From assembly GCF_963921235.1 (NCBI RefSeq), contig NC_086097.1:164922001-164986000 (forward strand): a DNA stretch of 64,000 bases, given 5' to 3'. The translations under genes were made by a program, and so were the position numbers. Source of the DNA: Mobula hypostoma (Eukaryota). The first letter of the stretch is position 1, and every line of letters starts with the position of its first letter. The notes below the pieces were generated by a model. The model searched no databases, had not been told where the DNA came from, and was given only the letters and a program-made list of their open reading frames with translations. Shown here piece after piece: positions 14,165-27,400 of the stretch.

Positions 14165-14675
14165 CAAGTCAGGTCAAGTTTAGCGTCGTTTAACTAGATA
14201 CATGTATATAAAGTATATAATCATATAATGTATATAGAAACAAGACAACGGTTCATCGAACCGGGGTGTAAAGCACAGTAGTACATATAACACACATAAA
14301 ACACATGATAACTTATGAAGGTAGGGATAAACTCAATAGATGAATCACACATAAATAAAAATCTAAAGTGCATTAATATTAAATATTGTAAGATATGGAA
14401 CAGATTAACCAGTGACAATTCAAATACGATGTAGCCGTGAGTTCAGAAACCTAATGGCCTAGGGGAAGAAACTGTTTCTCATCCTGACCGGACTTGTTTT
14501 TATGCATCGTAGTCTCCTGCCTGATAGTAGAGTCAAAGAGCGTACTGGATGGATGGGTGGGATCCTTAATAACACTAAGGGCCCTGTGCCTGCAGCACTC
14601 TTGATAAATGTCCCCAATGGATGGGAGAGAGACTCCTGTGATCCTCTCAGCTGTTCTCACTGTCCTTTGTAGGGA
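14165..14675 (-). mobile_element. Rex1/Babar-type LINE 3' fragment
   Basis: VRTAERITGVSLPSIGDIY...ALSVIKDPTHPSSTLF C-terminal motif and a short repeated tail. Confidence 0.75.
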
Positions 14676-15324
14676 TGTTTGACTGCTTCATAGCTCATAT
14701 ATCTCGTATATCTTATGGTTTTATGTTCTAAAGAAACAGAAATAAATATTGCATGACTGATTTATGCTATTGTAAATGCCACACCAGAGGTAATATTTTG
14801 CTCTGATAGGGTACTGGGTAACTTTTAGACTCGTCTTTGTGTGTTTAAGTTTTTATATTGTAATTTGGGCATTGAGTTACTGAGTGTGTCAGAAGCCAAG
14901 TACAGGGACCTAACAAAGAGGAGTCACAGAAGAATTACAGAATCATAGAAACAGGCATTTAGTCCCATCAAGTCCATGCCTGCCATCATACACTTATCTA
15001 CACTAATCCTATTTTTATTCTCTCTTCAGGTGCTCATTTTTTCCACCCCAGATTCTACAAAACACCCACACATTGTAGTAAAACATATGGTCTTTGTGAA
15101 GGCAGCTCATTATCATGAGCCAAGTTCAGAGCCAACACCATTCTTGTTGCTTATTGGGTGCACTGCATGCAGGTTCAGTTGAGAGAGTTGGGTGTTAAAT
15201 CAACTTCCACTAATGCTACTCAAAGGCAACTAGAAGCTTTCAAAGGTGCAGACTGCAGAGAAACTTTGCAACTTTTAAAATACCAAGTAGAGATGTTGGT
15301 TTTCAGAAAAAGCTCTGGATCAAA

Positions 15325-15740
15325 GACAAACAAGAGAAAATCTGTAGATTCTGGAAATCCAAACAACACACACAAAATGCTGGAGGAACTCAGCAGGCCT
15401 GAATGGTGGTGAGGGAGGAGTTGTAGGAGCAGGTGTAGTACTTGTTCTGCTTTTTTTTCTTCCACGGCCTTCTGTCCTCTTCTATTAGATTCCCCCTTCT
15501 CCAGCCCTGTATCTCTTTCACCAATCAACATAGCAGCTCTTTACTTCATCCCTCCCCCTCCCAGTTTCACTATCACCTTGTGTTTCTCTCTCCCCTCCCC
15601 ACTTTTTGAGTCTACTGCTCATCTTTTTCTCTTCAGTCCTCCCAAAGGGTCTCGGCCCAAAGCATCAACTGTACTCTTTTCCATGGATGCTACCCAGCCT
15701 GCTGATTTTCTCCAGCATTTTGTGTGTGCTACCCTGGATC
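15325..15740. mobile_element. PLE fragments in inverted arrangement
   Basis: Minus-strand pLTR end at 15325-15400 and plus-strand spacer + pLTR at 15450-15740. Confidence 0.75.
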
Positions 15741-16216
15741 AAAAATCTGATTTTTCCTGGGAAGAAACCAAGTAATGACTGCTACCAGTGAGAACCAGTG
15801 GCTAAGAGAGTCACGCAAGGCTCTCTAGACAATGCATTAATTCCAGATATAAATTAATGTGTTTCCCAGAGTTAAGATAAAAAAAAACTATCTTAAGTCA
15901 GCACATTCACTCCTCATGCATCCTATTCCCTCCATTTCCCATGGCTGACAAAATCAGGCCATGGGAGCTCAAAGCAAATAAGTTCCATTTCATTGTTAGC
16001 AAAGGACAGCTCTTAGCAATATGGGTAGTCAAACACAAACCTGACAGCATCTCTTTCTATGTACACTACAACAAATCACAATTACAATACACATACATGC
16101 ACATTACACCCACATTAGACACAAACGTGCACATTAATTAATTCATTGGTTTATCAGTCCTTCTGCATACTGTCCATATAGCTGATTCCATTATAACAGT
16201 GCATTGAAGGAAAACA

Positions 16217-16244
16217 AACACACACACACACACACACACACACA
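16217..16244. repeat. (CA)n microsatellite
   Basis: Direct reading of the sequence. Confidence 0.95.
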
Positions 16245-17029
16245 TTTAATTTAGGGACCTTATAGTTTCACTAAAGTTTAAAGTGAATTTAAACTCAAAT
16301 TTAAAAAACCTGAGCCATGAGACGGTGATTCAGGAAGTAGTTGCTACAGTGAACAAGTGAGAGAGGTAAATGTACAGCAATATATTTTAGGTTGTGAGAA
16401 TTTTCTTTCATATCACTATAAAAATATGTACTTTTATGATTGAATTCCTCTATGGCTTTTACTTTGAATTCATAAACAAAAATGAGATGGCATGTTAAGT
16501 GTTATCCGCACACCAAGAATTTGGCTGACAATGAATCAATATTATTTCAATATTAACTGGAACCATGAAATGCTAAATCAACAATTTTTTCTCCTTTGAG
16601 ATTACAGAAGGGACTGACAGAATGTTTATACTGGCCTCATATTTAATGTCATTTCTAAATGTTTACAAATAAACTGTACAGCAAAAATGGGTCATGAGAA
16701 TATATTTTTTTAAACTAGAACAGGAGCTCAGGCACAAGTTTAATCCACATATTATAATTGGAAATAAGAATTTTTGCTTTAACTTAAAGTTTACGCCTCC
16801 AGTGTTGCTTCATGGAAATACCTCAGTCTGTTGATTTACCAATAGCAACACAAATGTCTTGAATAAGTTTTAAATTAATTTAATTTGTGATGTGACACCA
16901 AGTGTGTTCCAAAGGAATCTGTTATCAGTTGAAATATTTCACCTATGTCAGTTACAGAAATACACGTTTTGCTACCCAGCAGGAGCATCATGTATTCCTG
17001 GTTCAATTAAATGGAAGCAAAGCTCCCAA

Positions 17030-17502
17030 ATCTCCCCCATGGATGGTCCCAAGCCCAGAATTTGGGCATGGGGTGGTCAAACCCATCCCACAAAAACCCA
17101 GAGCTAGAGAATCACCAGCAGAATCTCCAAAGACCTCATCGTTGGGAGAGGAAGGATCTTTGAGGTGGGCTATGTTGTGTATTTTATATTTACAGTAATA
17201 TTTTAGTATTTTGTTGTTTACATAATTCATTATGTGTTGTATGTAAATTTATGTGAATGACATATGTCATCACGTCACCACATCGTAAGTGCGTGCTTGC
17301 CTAAGTTAAAAACTAAACTAAGAAGTACACGCGTTATCCACGGTCTCCTGTGTTTTTCTCTCAGCTAATTTCTAGAGTTACAGAACATAACAGGCAAGAC
17401 CTAATGACAACTTGAAAGACTGGCCCAAGACAGAGCGTCCTGGCAAGCGGCTGCCAGTGGCCTACGCTCAGTATGGGTGATGGGCTTAAGAAAAAGAAGA
17501 AA
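17030..17502 (+). mobile_element. RTE-derived short non-autonomous element (5' leader joined to 3' end), split by a solo LTR
   Basis: The 3' part encodes an RTE-type C-terminus QLERLAQDRASWQAAASGLR followed by an AAG-rich tail. The 5' part is an RTE-leader-like stretch. No EN/RT lies between them. Confidence 0.55.
17173..17392. mobile_element. Short solo LTR (220 bp)
   Basis: Termini TGTTGTG...CATAACA with imperfect 5-bp TSD GGCTA/GGCAA. Splits an RTE-derived element. Confidence 0.72.
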
Positions 17503-18371
17503 ACTCCCGAATCTCAGTACATTCACAGGAGATTTCCTTATACTGCATCCCTGTGGTATTCCTGTTTCCACAACAACCATATGCAAGGATACTTCTGGGT
17601 ATAATGCACGATAAAGATATATAGTATGTTGCACAGTATTACCATAGGAATCAGTGTCAGTCTGTTTAAATTTTGACTTCAAATCTTCCATGTTCTTTTT
17701 TGCATTGAATTAAAACGAACGTAACAGCAAAAAAACCAGAAAATTTAACATTAAATCTCCATGAACCACAACCATAAACCCACAATCTTGCATATAGCCA
17801 CACTTTCCCCCTGTTCTTTTCCAAGCAATCATTTGATTTTCTTTCAAGATACTGATGTAATCTGCTTCAATAAAAATATACCAGAATTTCTATTTTATTA
17901 TCATTCATCTTACCCCATCTCCACTGTTTGAGATTTCTCTTTAAGTTTATTCCCTACCCTCAGCGTCCCATGAACCAATGGGAACATTCCATCCTTTCAG
18001 AGTGTTCTCAATCTTGAACCTCGATCAGAACCCATCAACTTTGTCAACACACGTTGAAAACACTTTGGAGAGACTTCAGTTAGGTAGTGCTTATATTTTC
18101 CTTGATGATTTGATATTAGTAAATCTTTTTCTGGGAGAACCCAGATCTGATAAAGCCGGGTTGTTAAACTGAACCTATTGTTTGCTTGAATTTGTTGCAT
18201 CACCATTAGAGGAATTGTGAAAAGGAGAAGACCATGGAGTTATCAGCAAATAATTTCACTCCTTCATTATGATGAGGGCATTTCCTGGCAGAATATTCTC
18301 CAACATGAGCACAACCATTTTTCTTTCTTCTGCTACAACTCCAAAGGTCTTCATTTTTCTGTGATACTCAG

Positions 18372-18735
18372 ATATGTCCTAGGATCAGTGATGTAATTTG
18401 GGGTCATTGGGCATTTCAGGTCTTTCAGCATCATACACTCTCATCCAGGTTGACCGGGCCCTCCCTTGTGTCCCAGCAGCATTGGTCTACAGGTCACTTC
18501 TCTTGATCCATAGCCATCTGGAAGCTCACTCAGCAGCCTCTGTGACAGTCCTGATGGCTCTTTGCAGCCTCCATAATGCCAAGCAGAGAGTAGATTCAGC
18601 ACAGCAAGCAGCCAGCTAAGTCTCTACATCCCACCTCTACAGGCTCGCATCATGCACTCCACCCCTGTTTCTGGCACTGTTCTACCTGCTCCTGGCATTT
18701 GGCTTTGTTACGCTCAAACGTCTCCTCAGTCCAAA
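18372..18735 (-). mobile_element. HERO-clade (restriction-like endonuclease) non-LTR retrotransposon 3' fragment
   Basis: Minus strand reads EETFERNKAKCQEQVEQCQKQGWSA*CEPVEVGCR...AIRTVTEAAE*ASRWLWIKR, a typical HERO RLE C-terminus, followed by a short 3' UTR. Confidence 0.75.
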
Positions 18736-19583
18736 AGTTTGATAGTGACCAACTTAACAGAAAAGATTTCAATTCCTTGGCATTAATATTTCTGACTTTG
18801 CTGAGCACTGGTTTCTGAGAGTAAAGTATGGGAACTTTGTGTTCAAATATAAACAGCCTATTGACAATTTTGAACTAAACAAGATATAGCTTCCTACCTC
18901 AAAACTAATCCAGAATATTGTCAATACTTTAATATAGGTCAGCAGTGATTAAACTCATACCTTTTTATTGTAGACCATAACAGTCTTAATGGAAGATCTG
19001 TGTAAACCACTATATTTCCAGACAAGTTGAACACCAGACATTTTGTTATAAATTGATGGAACATTTCAGTTTTGGTCGATGTCTGTGTATTACCGCATTT
19101 AAGATCGTTAATATTAAGGGTAAGGGTGTAAGGGTGTTTACATAGGAAATCTAAACTAAATGACTATGGTCCAAACAGTTCCCATATTAAGACATGTAAA
19201 CATATGGAGTGACTGTAAATTAACTGGCTGTAGAAACTGGAAGCAACCTAGTTCTTCCATTTATTCTCATGTACTTACCCATAAACTACAAACCAAAATA
19301 TTGTTGACACTTGAAGTTGGCAATACAGTTTTCCATTCTGTCTTTGGGATTTACTTTCACCTGCACAGATCTGACAACCTGAACTGCACTGACACTGCAC
19401 ACCCTGCATGACTGCTCTCTGGAAGAGATTGTGTGGATACCAATCAATCAATGCTGGGTTAAAATTACTTCTTTCATCATCCATTACAACCTCCTGCAAA
19501 ACACTAATTTACTGCACTCCTTCAGACATTGATCAACCCGCTATGCATTTCTTATCTATTTTAATGCACGTACTGGTTTGAGG

Positions 19584-20425
19584 TGTGACGAGAATACACA
19601 TAGATAAGATGTTAGCTGTCCTGTGTGATCAGTAGTTGGTCTGCCACCTGTCTTCAAGAGAGAGATAAGGAACACAATGAAACAGCATCTGGAGATGTGT
19701 AATGAAGGGACGGGAGAGAGAGAGCTGTCTGGAGCGGCTCCCCCTTTGAACCCTGAATTGTTTGAAGTGATGGACAGGCGATACCCCAGCAGGGGGATAA
19801 AAAGGGACAGGTTCGCTAAGGCACACACACGACACCCGAGGTAACGAGACCCTGGAAGCAGTGCACCTCTCACGAGTCGGTGGGAAGTATCGGACAACGC
19901 ACAGGGTGGAAAGGTACGATCAGCGGGAACCCGGTGTGTGTCCGCCCTTGCTTGGGTGCTGGGTTCACTGCAGAGGATCGACCGCATCTGGAGGAGGGGT
20001 CACAGTCGGTGTCCTCAGGTGACATCACCAAGGACCTGCCCAAAAGCTGCTTGTGAGCCATATCGCCGGTCTGTGAGTGGGAGCCGTGTCTGAATGATCA
20101 GTCGTTCCTGTTCTCTCTCTCTCTCCCCCCACGTTGTCCATTGCCATGGCAACGATTACTGCGAACTGAACTAAATTGGACTGAACTTTTGTGTCACTTT
20201 GAAATTTGGTCATTTACCCCTAGACAACGATAGAGCTTGATTGATGCTGTTATCTTAATTCTGTGCACATGTGTGTTTATCATTGCTGAACTGTTGCATT
20301 TATAATCCTTTTGATTACTGTGTTCCTTGTTTCTTTAATAAAACTTTCTTAGTTCTAGTAATCCAGACTCCAACTGAGTGATCCATTTCTGCTGGTTTGG
20401 CAACTCAGTTACGGGGTACGTAACA
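19584..20425 (+). mobile_element. Solo LTR (842 bp)
   Basis: Termini TGTGACG...CGTAACA with 4-bp TSD GAGG (19580-19583, 20426-20429). TATA-like GATAAAA near 19796 and AATAAA near 20337. CpG-rich. Inserted at the start of a CR1 3' remnant. Confidence 0.88.
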
Positions 20426-21134
20426 GAGGGGTGACTGATAGAGGTGTATACGATCATGAGGGGCATAGACAGGGTTAAAGTAGACTTTTTTTCCCAGGAA
20501 GGGTGTGCTAAAAAGAAGGGGGCATTGTTTAAAGATCAGAACACTAGAGATTTAAAAAGGATATTGCAGGCAGCTTTTACACTCAAATATGGTGGATATT
20601 TATGTCTTTATTTTAGGTTTCCAGTATTTGCAGTTTTTTTAATATAATTTTCATTTACTGTAACATTCTGACTGTTTACATCTTCCAGTCACTCACATGC
20701 TCATGGATATGTGCCACGTCCCCCTCAGATACCATCCGGCATTAGTAACATTTAAAAGCCATTTGGATAAGTCCATGGGTAGAAGAGGTTTAGAGGCCTA
20801 TGGATCAAACGCAGCAGATGGGAGTAGTTTCCTAGACAACACATTCGGTGTGGACATGTTGGTCTGAATAGACTGTTCCCATGCGATATGACGCTACATA
20901 GTATTTAATATATTAACATTTTAGTAGTTTTAGTTACACTAAAATGTTAAAATCTTAAATACTATATTTTTCAAATGATAATATTAGTTCAACACTGTGC
21001 TAACATTTACGTTAGTGCCATTGCTCTAAGAACATAATTCAATTGATTGTTGACATATTTACTACAATTGTCAGGACCAATGTAAACTAGCTTTAGTTTC
21101 CAGCAGTTATATTTGGCCTTATAAGGGCATTCTC

Positions 21135-21435
21135 CAGAATGACACAGTTACAAATGCTGATGAGAGTGTCACAGAACTATTCTACTCTGATCTTGGTCAG
21201 CTCCTACCAAAGAAGGAAATGATTTGAATGTCAGAGTCAGACCCCTGGAATGGCACTGTTGGGAAAGGAAGAGTGGGAAAGGCCAACTCCAGCAGCTTGA
21301 ACAAATGTGAATAGCAGGCCAGGTTGTCGCAAACACCATCTTCAAAGAAAGCAATATGCTTACAGCTACTGCCATCACACTTGGTCTTTGATTATATCAT
21401 TGTCAGGGCCTGACATCAGGGACACACAGATGAGG
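21135..21435 (+). mobile_element. RTE-like endonuclease remnant
   Basis: Degenerate DLNVRV...WNGTVGKGRVGKANS...VANTIF...DYIIVR motifs. Confidence 0.5.
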
Positions 21436-23304
21436 AATAAATGACTGCTAAACAATCTCGTCCATCTCAGCTTTCCATCTCACTCAGAAGTATTGAAATT
21501 ACATGAATCCAATGTAGAAGAATCTCAAAACCAAAGCCCCATACCCACCACCGCAAGTACGTTGTTAGCAAAATCCAGCAAAACTTTCTGTCATGTGTGG
21601 AGTCACAGGGTTACAAAGCACAGGTTGGGCATTTCAGGCAAACCTGTCCATGCTAACCAAAGTACTTTCCTGAACTAGTCTCGTTTGCCTGTGTCTAACC
21701 CACGTTAAATGGTGTAACTACTCCCATCTCTACCAGTTCCATATAATGTGTACCTAACAGCCCCTTTATGAGAAACTTGCCATACACTTCAGCACACCAC
21801 CTGTGCCACCACTTTCAGGAAATGATATACTTGTACCCCTGTGCCTCTCTTTTCTACAACACTCTCTAGAGACCTGCCATTCACTGTCTCTGTGGCACTC
21901 TACTGGTCACAAGCCTCCAAACTGAAAAAAGATAAAGCCTCCACTATGCCTCCCTGACACCTTGCATCATGCCAAATGTGTTCCAACTGATCACCCTGCA
22001 ACCCATGTGATATCACCTTCCATACCAGCCTATCATGTGGCACCTTGTAAAAAGCTTTGCTAAAGTCAATGTGCACAACATCTACTGCCCTGCCCTTATC
22101 AAGCCTCTGGACCACCTCTAGAAAAAATGAACTCAGTCAAATTCACAAGACATGATTTCCCCTGCACATAACTATGGTGCCTATCCCTTATCAGTCCTTC
22201 CCTTTTTACAAATCCACAGAGAACTTCCTTGCCACAGATGTTAGCCTCACCGGTCTGCAGTTCTCTGGCTTATCCATAACTTCCATGGTGTGCAGTGTTA
22301 TTGTTATTGTCTGTCATATTGTTACCTCTCGCTTTTAGGAACAATACATACATTTTCTTTTTAAAACTGTGCTAGTTCTAGTACACTGTTTCATGGATGG
22401 CAATAAAGAAAGCAGTTATTGTTTACATCATGAGTAACGCACACAAAATGCTGGAGGAAATCAGGTTTTCCGGCAGCATCTATTGGGGGGAATAAATGTC
22501 AACATTTTGGGCCAAGACCCTTCAGTAGGACCTCAGCCCAACATTGATTGTTTATACCCAACCATAGATGCTGTCTGACTTACTGAGATCCTTCAGCATT
22601 TTTCAGATGATCACTTCCATGTTTCAGCACAACTTCCCATTGTAAAGCCACCAACTAGAAACTGAACCCAATTGCACATGTTCCTTTATGTGCATAAAAT
22701 GGATTCTCAGCTAGTTTGATTAGTGAACACTGTTAGATACGTGGGTTATGACCAAAAAAAAAGGTTGGATTCGATTAGCACTTTAGTGCAAGAGTGCTTA
22801 TTAGGTGCGTCAAAAATCGAACTTTCAAAAACCTGTTAAAAATTGTGAAACTAGTGAAATGTAAAATGCTCATATTTACAGAACGACATCTACAAGAAAA
22901 CACAATGATAACTGCGTAGTTATTCTCGGCCAGTGTGAAATCCTGGCAGCCCCCATTTCTCTCTCACTGAGCGCAAAGAGCTTCCTTTCTTCATTAGGCA
23001 CACCATCTTTAATTACCCACAAAGTTAACTTAAGACTACACATAAATTAGAATATGATGCACCCCACAATGTGGTTACAATCTTATAACAAAATAAGCAG
23101 AAGTGTCTACCTTAAATACAGTATACAACAAGCATATGCAAATTTGCACATCCTCATTAGCAAAGAAATGGGATATTCGGTCATGAATGGTGGGAAAGGC
23201 ACCATAAACCCAATCTGAGTGCATCAGCTCCATTTAGAATTAAACTAAACTTTGGAGACTGATTCTGAATTTATGTAGCAATGTGGAGGGAAAACAATGG
23301 GTTG

Positions 23305-26257
23305 AGACCATAAGTCATAAGACTATAAGACAGGGGCAGAATTTGGCCATTTGGCCCATTGAGTCTGCTCCACCATTCAATCATGGCTGATCCTTTTCTC
23401 CCCTCCTCAGCCCCATTCTGCGGCCTTCTCCCCGAAACCTTGAATACCATGTCCAATCAAGAACCTATTAATTTCTGTTTTAGATGCACCCAACAACCTG
23501 TCCTCCACAGCTGCCTGTGTTAACAAATTCAACAAATTCACCACTCTCTGGCTAAAGAAATTTCTCTGCATCTCTATTTTAAATGGACGCCCCTCTATCC
23601 TCAGACTGTGCTCTCTTGTCCTAGACTCCCCCACCATAGGAAACATCCTTTCCACATCTACTCTGTCTAGGCCTTTCAACTTTCAAAAGGTCTCAATGAG
23701 ATCCCCTCCATCCTTCCAAATTCCTGTGAGTACTGACGCAGAGCCACCAAACATTTCTCATATGATAACCCTTTCATTCCTGGAATCACCCTTGTGAACC
23801 TCCCCTGAACCCTATCCAAACCCAGCACATCTTTTCCCAGATGAAGAGCCCAAAACTGTTCACAATACTCAAGGTGAGGCCTCACCAGTGTCTTATAAAG
23901 CCTCAGCATCACACCTCTGCTCTTGCATTCTAGACCTCTTGAAATGAATGCTAACATGGCATTTGCCTTCCTCACCACCAACTCAACCTGCAAGTTAACC
24001 TTCAGGGTGTTCCGAACAAGGACTCCCAAGTCCCTCTGCATCTCAGATTTTTGGATTTTCTCCCTGTTTAGAAAATAGATCGCACATTTATTTCTACTAC
24101 CAAAATGCATGACCATGCATTTTCCAACATTGTATTTCACTTGCCACTTTCTTGCCCATTCTCCTCATCTGTCTAAGTCCCTCTGCAACCTACCTGTTTC
24201 CTCAACACTACCTGCTCCTCCACCAATCTTCATCTGCAAACTTGGCAACAAAGCCATTCCATCATCTAAATCATTGATAAACAGCATTAAAAAAAAGCGG
24301 TCCCAACACTGACCCCTGTGGAACAGAGCTAGTCACTAGCAACCAACCAGAAAAGGATCCTTTTATTTCCACTCACTGCCTCCTACCAACCAGCCAATGC
24401 TCCAATAATGCCAGTAAGGATGAAGGGGGGTCTTATTGAAACATTCCGAAGTTGAAAGGCCTCGACGTGGTAGATGTAGAAAGGATGCCACTGTCACAAT
24501 GAGACCACACTCAGGTTAGAGGAGCAACATCTTATATTCTGTCTGGGTAGCCTCCAACCTAATGGCAAGAACATTGATTTCTCAAACTTCTGGTAATGTC
24601 CCTCCCTCTTTCTCTATTCCCTCTCTCACCTTGTCTCATTGACCGACCACTACCTCCCTCTGGTGCTCCTCCCCCTTTTTCTTTCCTCCATGGCCTTCTG
24701 TCCTCTCCTATTAGATTCCCCCTTCTCCAGCCCTGTATCTCTTTCCCAATCAACTTCCCAGCTCTTTATTTCACCCCTACCCACTCCCACTTTCATGTAT
24801 CACCTTATGCTTCTTCCTCCCCTCCTTTATAAATCTGACTCCTCATCTTTTTTCTCCAGTCCTGCTGATGGGTCTCAGCCCGAAACGTCAGCTGTACTCT
24901 TTTCCATAAATGCTGCCTTGCCTGCTGAGTTCCTTCAGCAGTTTGTGTGTCTTCAATTTCCTTTCTGCCGCCTTTCTCCTTTCTTAAAGGGTGGAATGAC
25001 ATTTGCAATTTTCCAGTCCTCTGGCACCATGCCAGATACCAAAGATCTTTTTTTTGAAAGATCATTACTAATGTCTCCACAATCTCTACCATTACCTCTT
25101 TCAGAATCCTAGAGAGCAGTTCATCTGATCCAGGTGACTTATGTACCCTTAGGTCTTTCAGCTTTTGAGCACCTTCTCCCTTGTAATAGTAACTGCACTC
25201 ACTTCTCTTCCCTCACACCCTTCAACATCTGGCACACTGCTAGTGTCTCCCACAGTGAAGACTGATGCAAAATGCTCATTTAATTCATCCACCATCTCCT
25301 TGTCCCCATTATTATTTCTCCAGATTCATTTTCTTGCAGTTCTATAACCACTCTCATCTCTCTTTTATTTTTTACATACTTGAAAAAGTTTCTGCTATCT
25401 ACTTCGATATTATTTGCTAGCTTGCTTTCATATTTCATCTTTCCCCCCAATGATTCTTTTAGTTGCTCTCTGTAGGTTTTTAAAAGCTTCCCAATCCTCT
25501 ATTTTCCTGTGAATTTTTGCTTTGTTGTATACCTTCTCTTTTGCTTTTACATTAGCTTTGACTTCCCTTGTCAGCCACAGCTGTACTATTTTGCCTTTTG
25601 AGTATTTCTTCATTTTTGAAATACAGCTATCCTGCACCTTCCTCACTTCTCCCAGGAACTCATGTCATTACTGCTCTGCTGTCAACCCCACAAGCAGCTC
25701 CTTCCAATTTACTCTGGCCGACTCTTCTCTCATACCACTGTCATTTCCTTTACTCCACCGAAATACTGCTATGTTAGACTTTAGTTCCCCCATCAAATTT
25801 CAATTTGAACTCAATCATATTGTGATCACTTCCTCCTAAGGGTTACTTTACCTTAAGCTCCCTAATCGCCTCCGGTACATTACATTACACTCAATCCAGT
25901 ATAGCTGATCCTCAAGGAGGCTCGATGACAAAATGCTCTAAAAAGCCATCTCGTAGGCATTCAACAAACTCACTCTCTTGAGATCCATTACCAATCTGAT
26001 TATGCCAATCGACCTGCATGCTAAAATCTCCCCTGACTATCATAACATTGCCCTTTTGACATGCCTTTTCTATTTCCTGTTGTAATCTTTGGTCCACATA
26101 TGAGCTGCTGTTGGGAGGCCGGGATATAACTGCCATCAGGGTCTTTTTACCCTTGCAGTTTCTTAACTCAACCCACAAGGACTCAAAATCTTTCAATCCT
26201 GTCGCATCTTTCTACTGACTTAATGCCGCTCTTTACCAGCAGAGCCACGCCAGCCCT
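23305..26257 (-). mobile_element. CR1 LINE, 5'-truncated, interrupted at about 24417-24950
   Basis: ESLWVELRN, LYKTLVRPHLEYC, RNFFSQRVVN fragments and a TCTTA-type tail. Closely similar to the 9195-11666 copy. Confidence 0.93.
24488..24950 (+). mobile_element. Penelope-like element 3' fragment inside the CR1
   Basis: LRLEEQHLIFCLGSLQPNG remnant plus pLTR (CCCGAAACGTC...GCTGAGTTCCTTCAGC). Preceded by a short plus-strand CR1 piece at 24417-24487. Confidence 0.82.
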
Positions 26258-26619
26258 CAAGCCATGCCACTCCCTAATGATGAGATTACACTGGGGAAGA
26301 CATTGAAGTGCAGACACTCACCACAACATCAGCAGAATGACAAGGCAGTGTTTGTATGTGAGTGATTGTGTATGTGTAAGGGGTGAATTTACCAAGTGCT
26401 CTCCATCACATTCATTTCCAAATCAATCATGGCCTATCAGGAAATTGGTCCAGGAAATGCCATGCAAAGTTTCGGCTCAGCATAATGAGTGTTTGCCCAT
26501 CATCAACTCTGCAGTCATGACATCAATGTGTGCACAATCCCTGATCTAAAATGTTGCATTTGGGTGTAACCTATGATCTTTGCTCATATATTCTGAAGAA
26601 TTAATTTTAGAAGTGTGGG

Positions 26620-27400
26620 ACAGCTGTGACAGATTGAAGAATTTCATTCAAAGGTAGCTAACGCTTAATGAAAAAGAAACCAAGTCTTGGCAAACCATAG
26701 AAGTTAAAGACAGAACTCGATCCAAAGAAATATCATGTAAAGCTTCATGAAAAAGTAGCATCTTTAGGATCTGAACAAATTAAAATGCTGCAAGATTGAT
26801 CAAGTGATTAATTAAGAGAGCAAAAATAGAGTTTATGAACAAAGTTGCAATGCAGAAGCTGACAGCAAAAGCTTCTATATATATATATGCATTAAGAAAA
26901 CAATTGGTGAACACCTGTTCAGAAGTGGGAGGATACATAATGTGAAGTAAAGGCAAATGATGTGTTTCTATCTTCATGAAGGAAAATATAAATAGTTTTC
27001 CAGATATGGTAAGCACCTGCAGAGAAGTAATGCTGGAGAAATTAATAGGACTAAAAACTAATCAGTCCCTAGGCCTGATAAACTGTATCTCAGAAAACTA
27101 GAGTCTCGCATAAAGGACACAATATCAGGGGATTTAGAAAATGTTAATTGGTTTAGACAAATTCAACATATATTTATGAAAGGAAAATCATGTCTGACAA
27201 ACCTACCAAAGTTTTTAGAGAATATAACTGGTATATTACTGGTAACTGAGAACCAACGGTTGTGGTGTGTTTTCATCTTCAGAAGACCTTTGAGAAAGGT
27301 CCACATAAAAAAAAGATTAAAGTACATGGGATTGGGGGTAATGTACTGGCATGGACAAAATATTGATCAACAAACAGGAAACAAAGAAAGGGAATAAGTG
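26620..27400 (+). mobile_element. Highly decayed CR1 ORF2 fragment
   Basis: FMKGKSCLTNL motif near 27175. Similar remnants at 13820-14165, 20426-20900 and 21720-22270. Confidence 0.65.

Noticed and set aside
19556..19987. 143-aa minus-strand ORF
   Set aside because: It lies within the solo LTR and has no protein motif.
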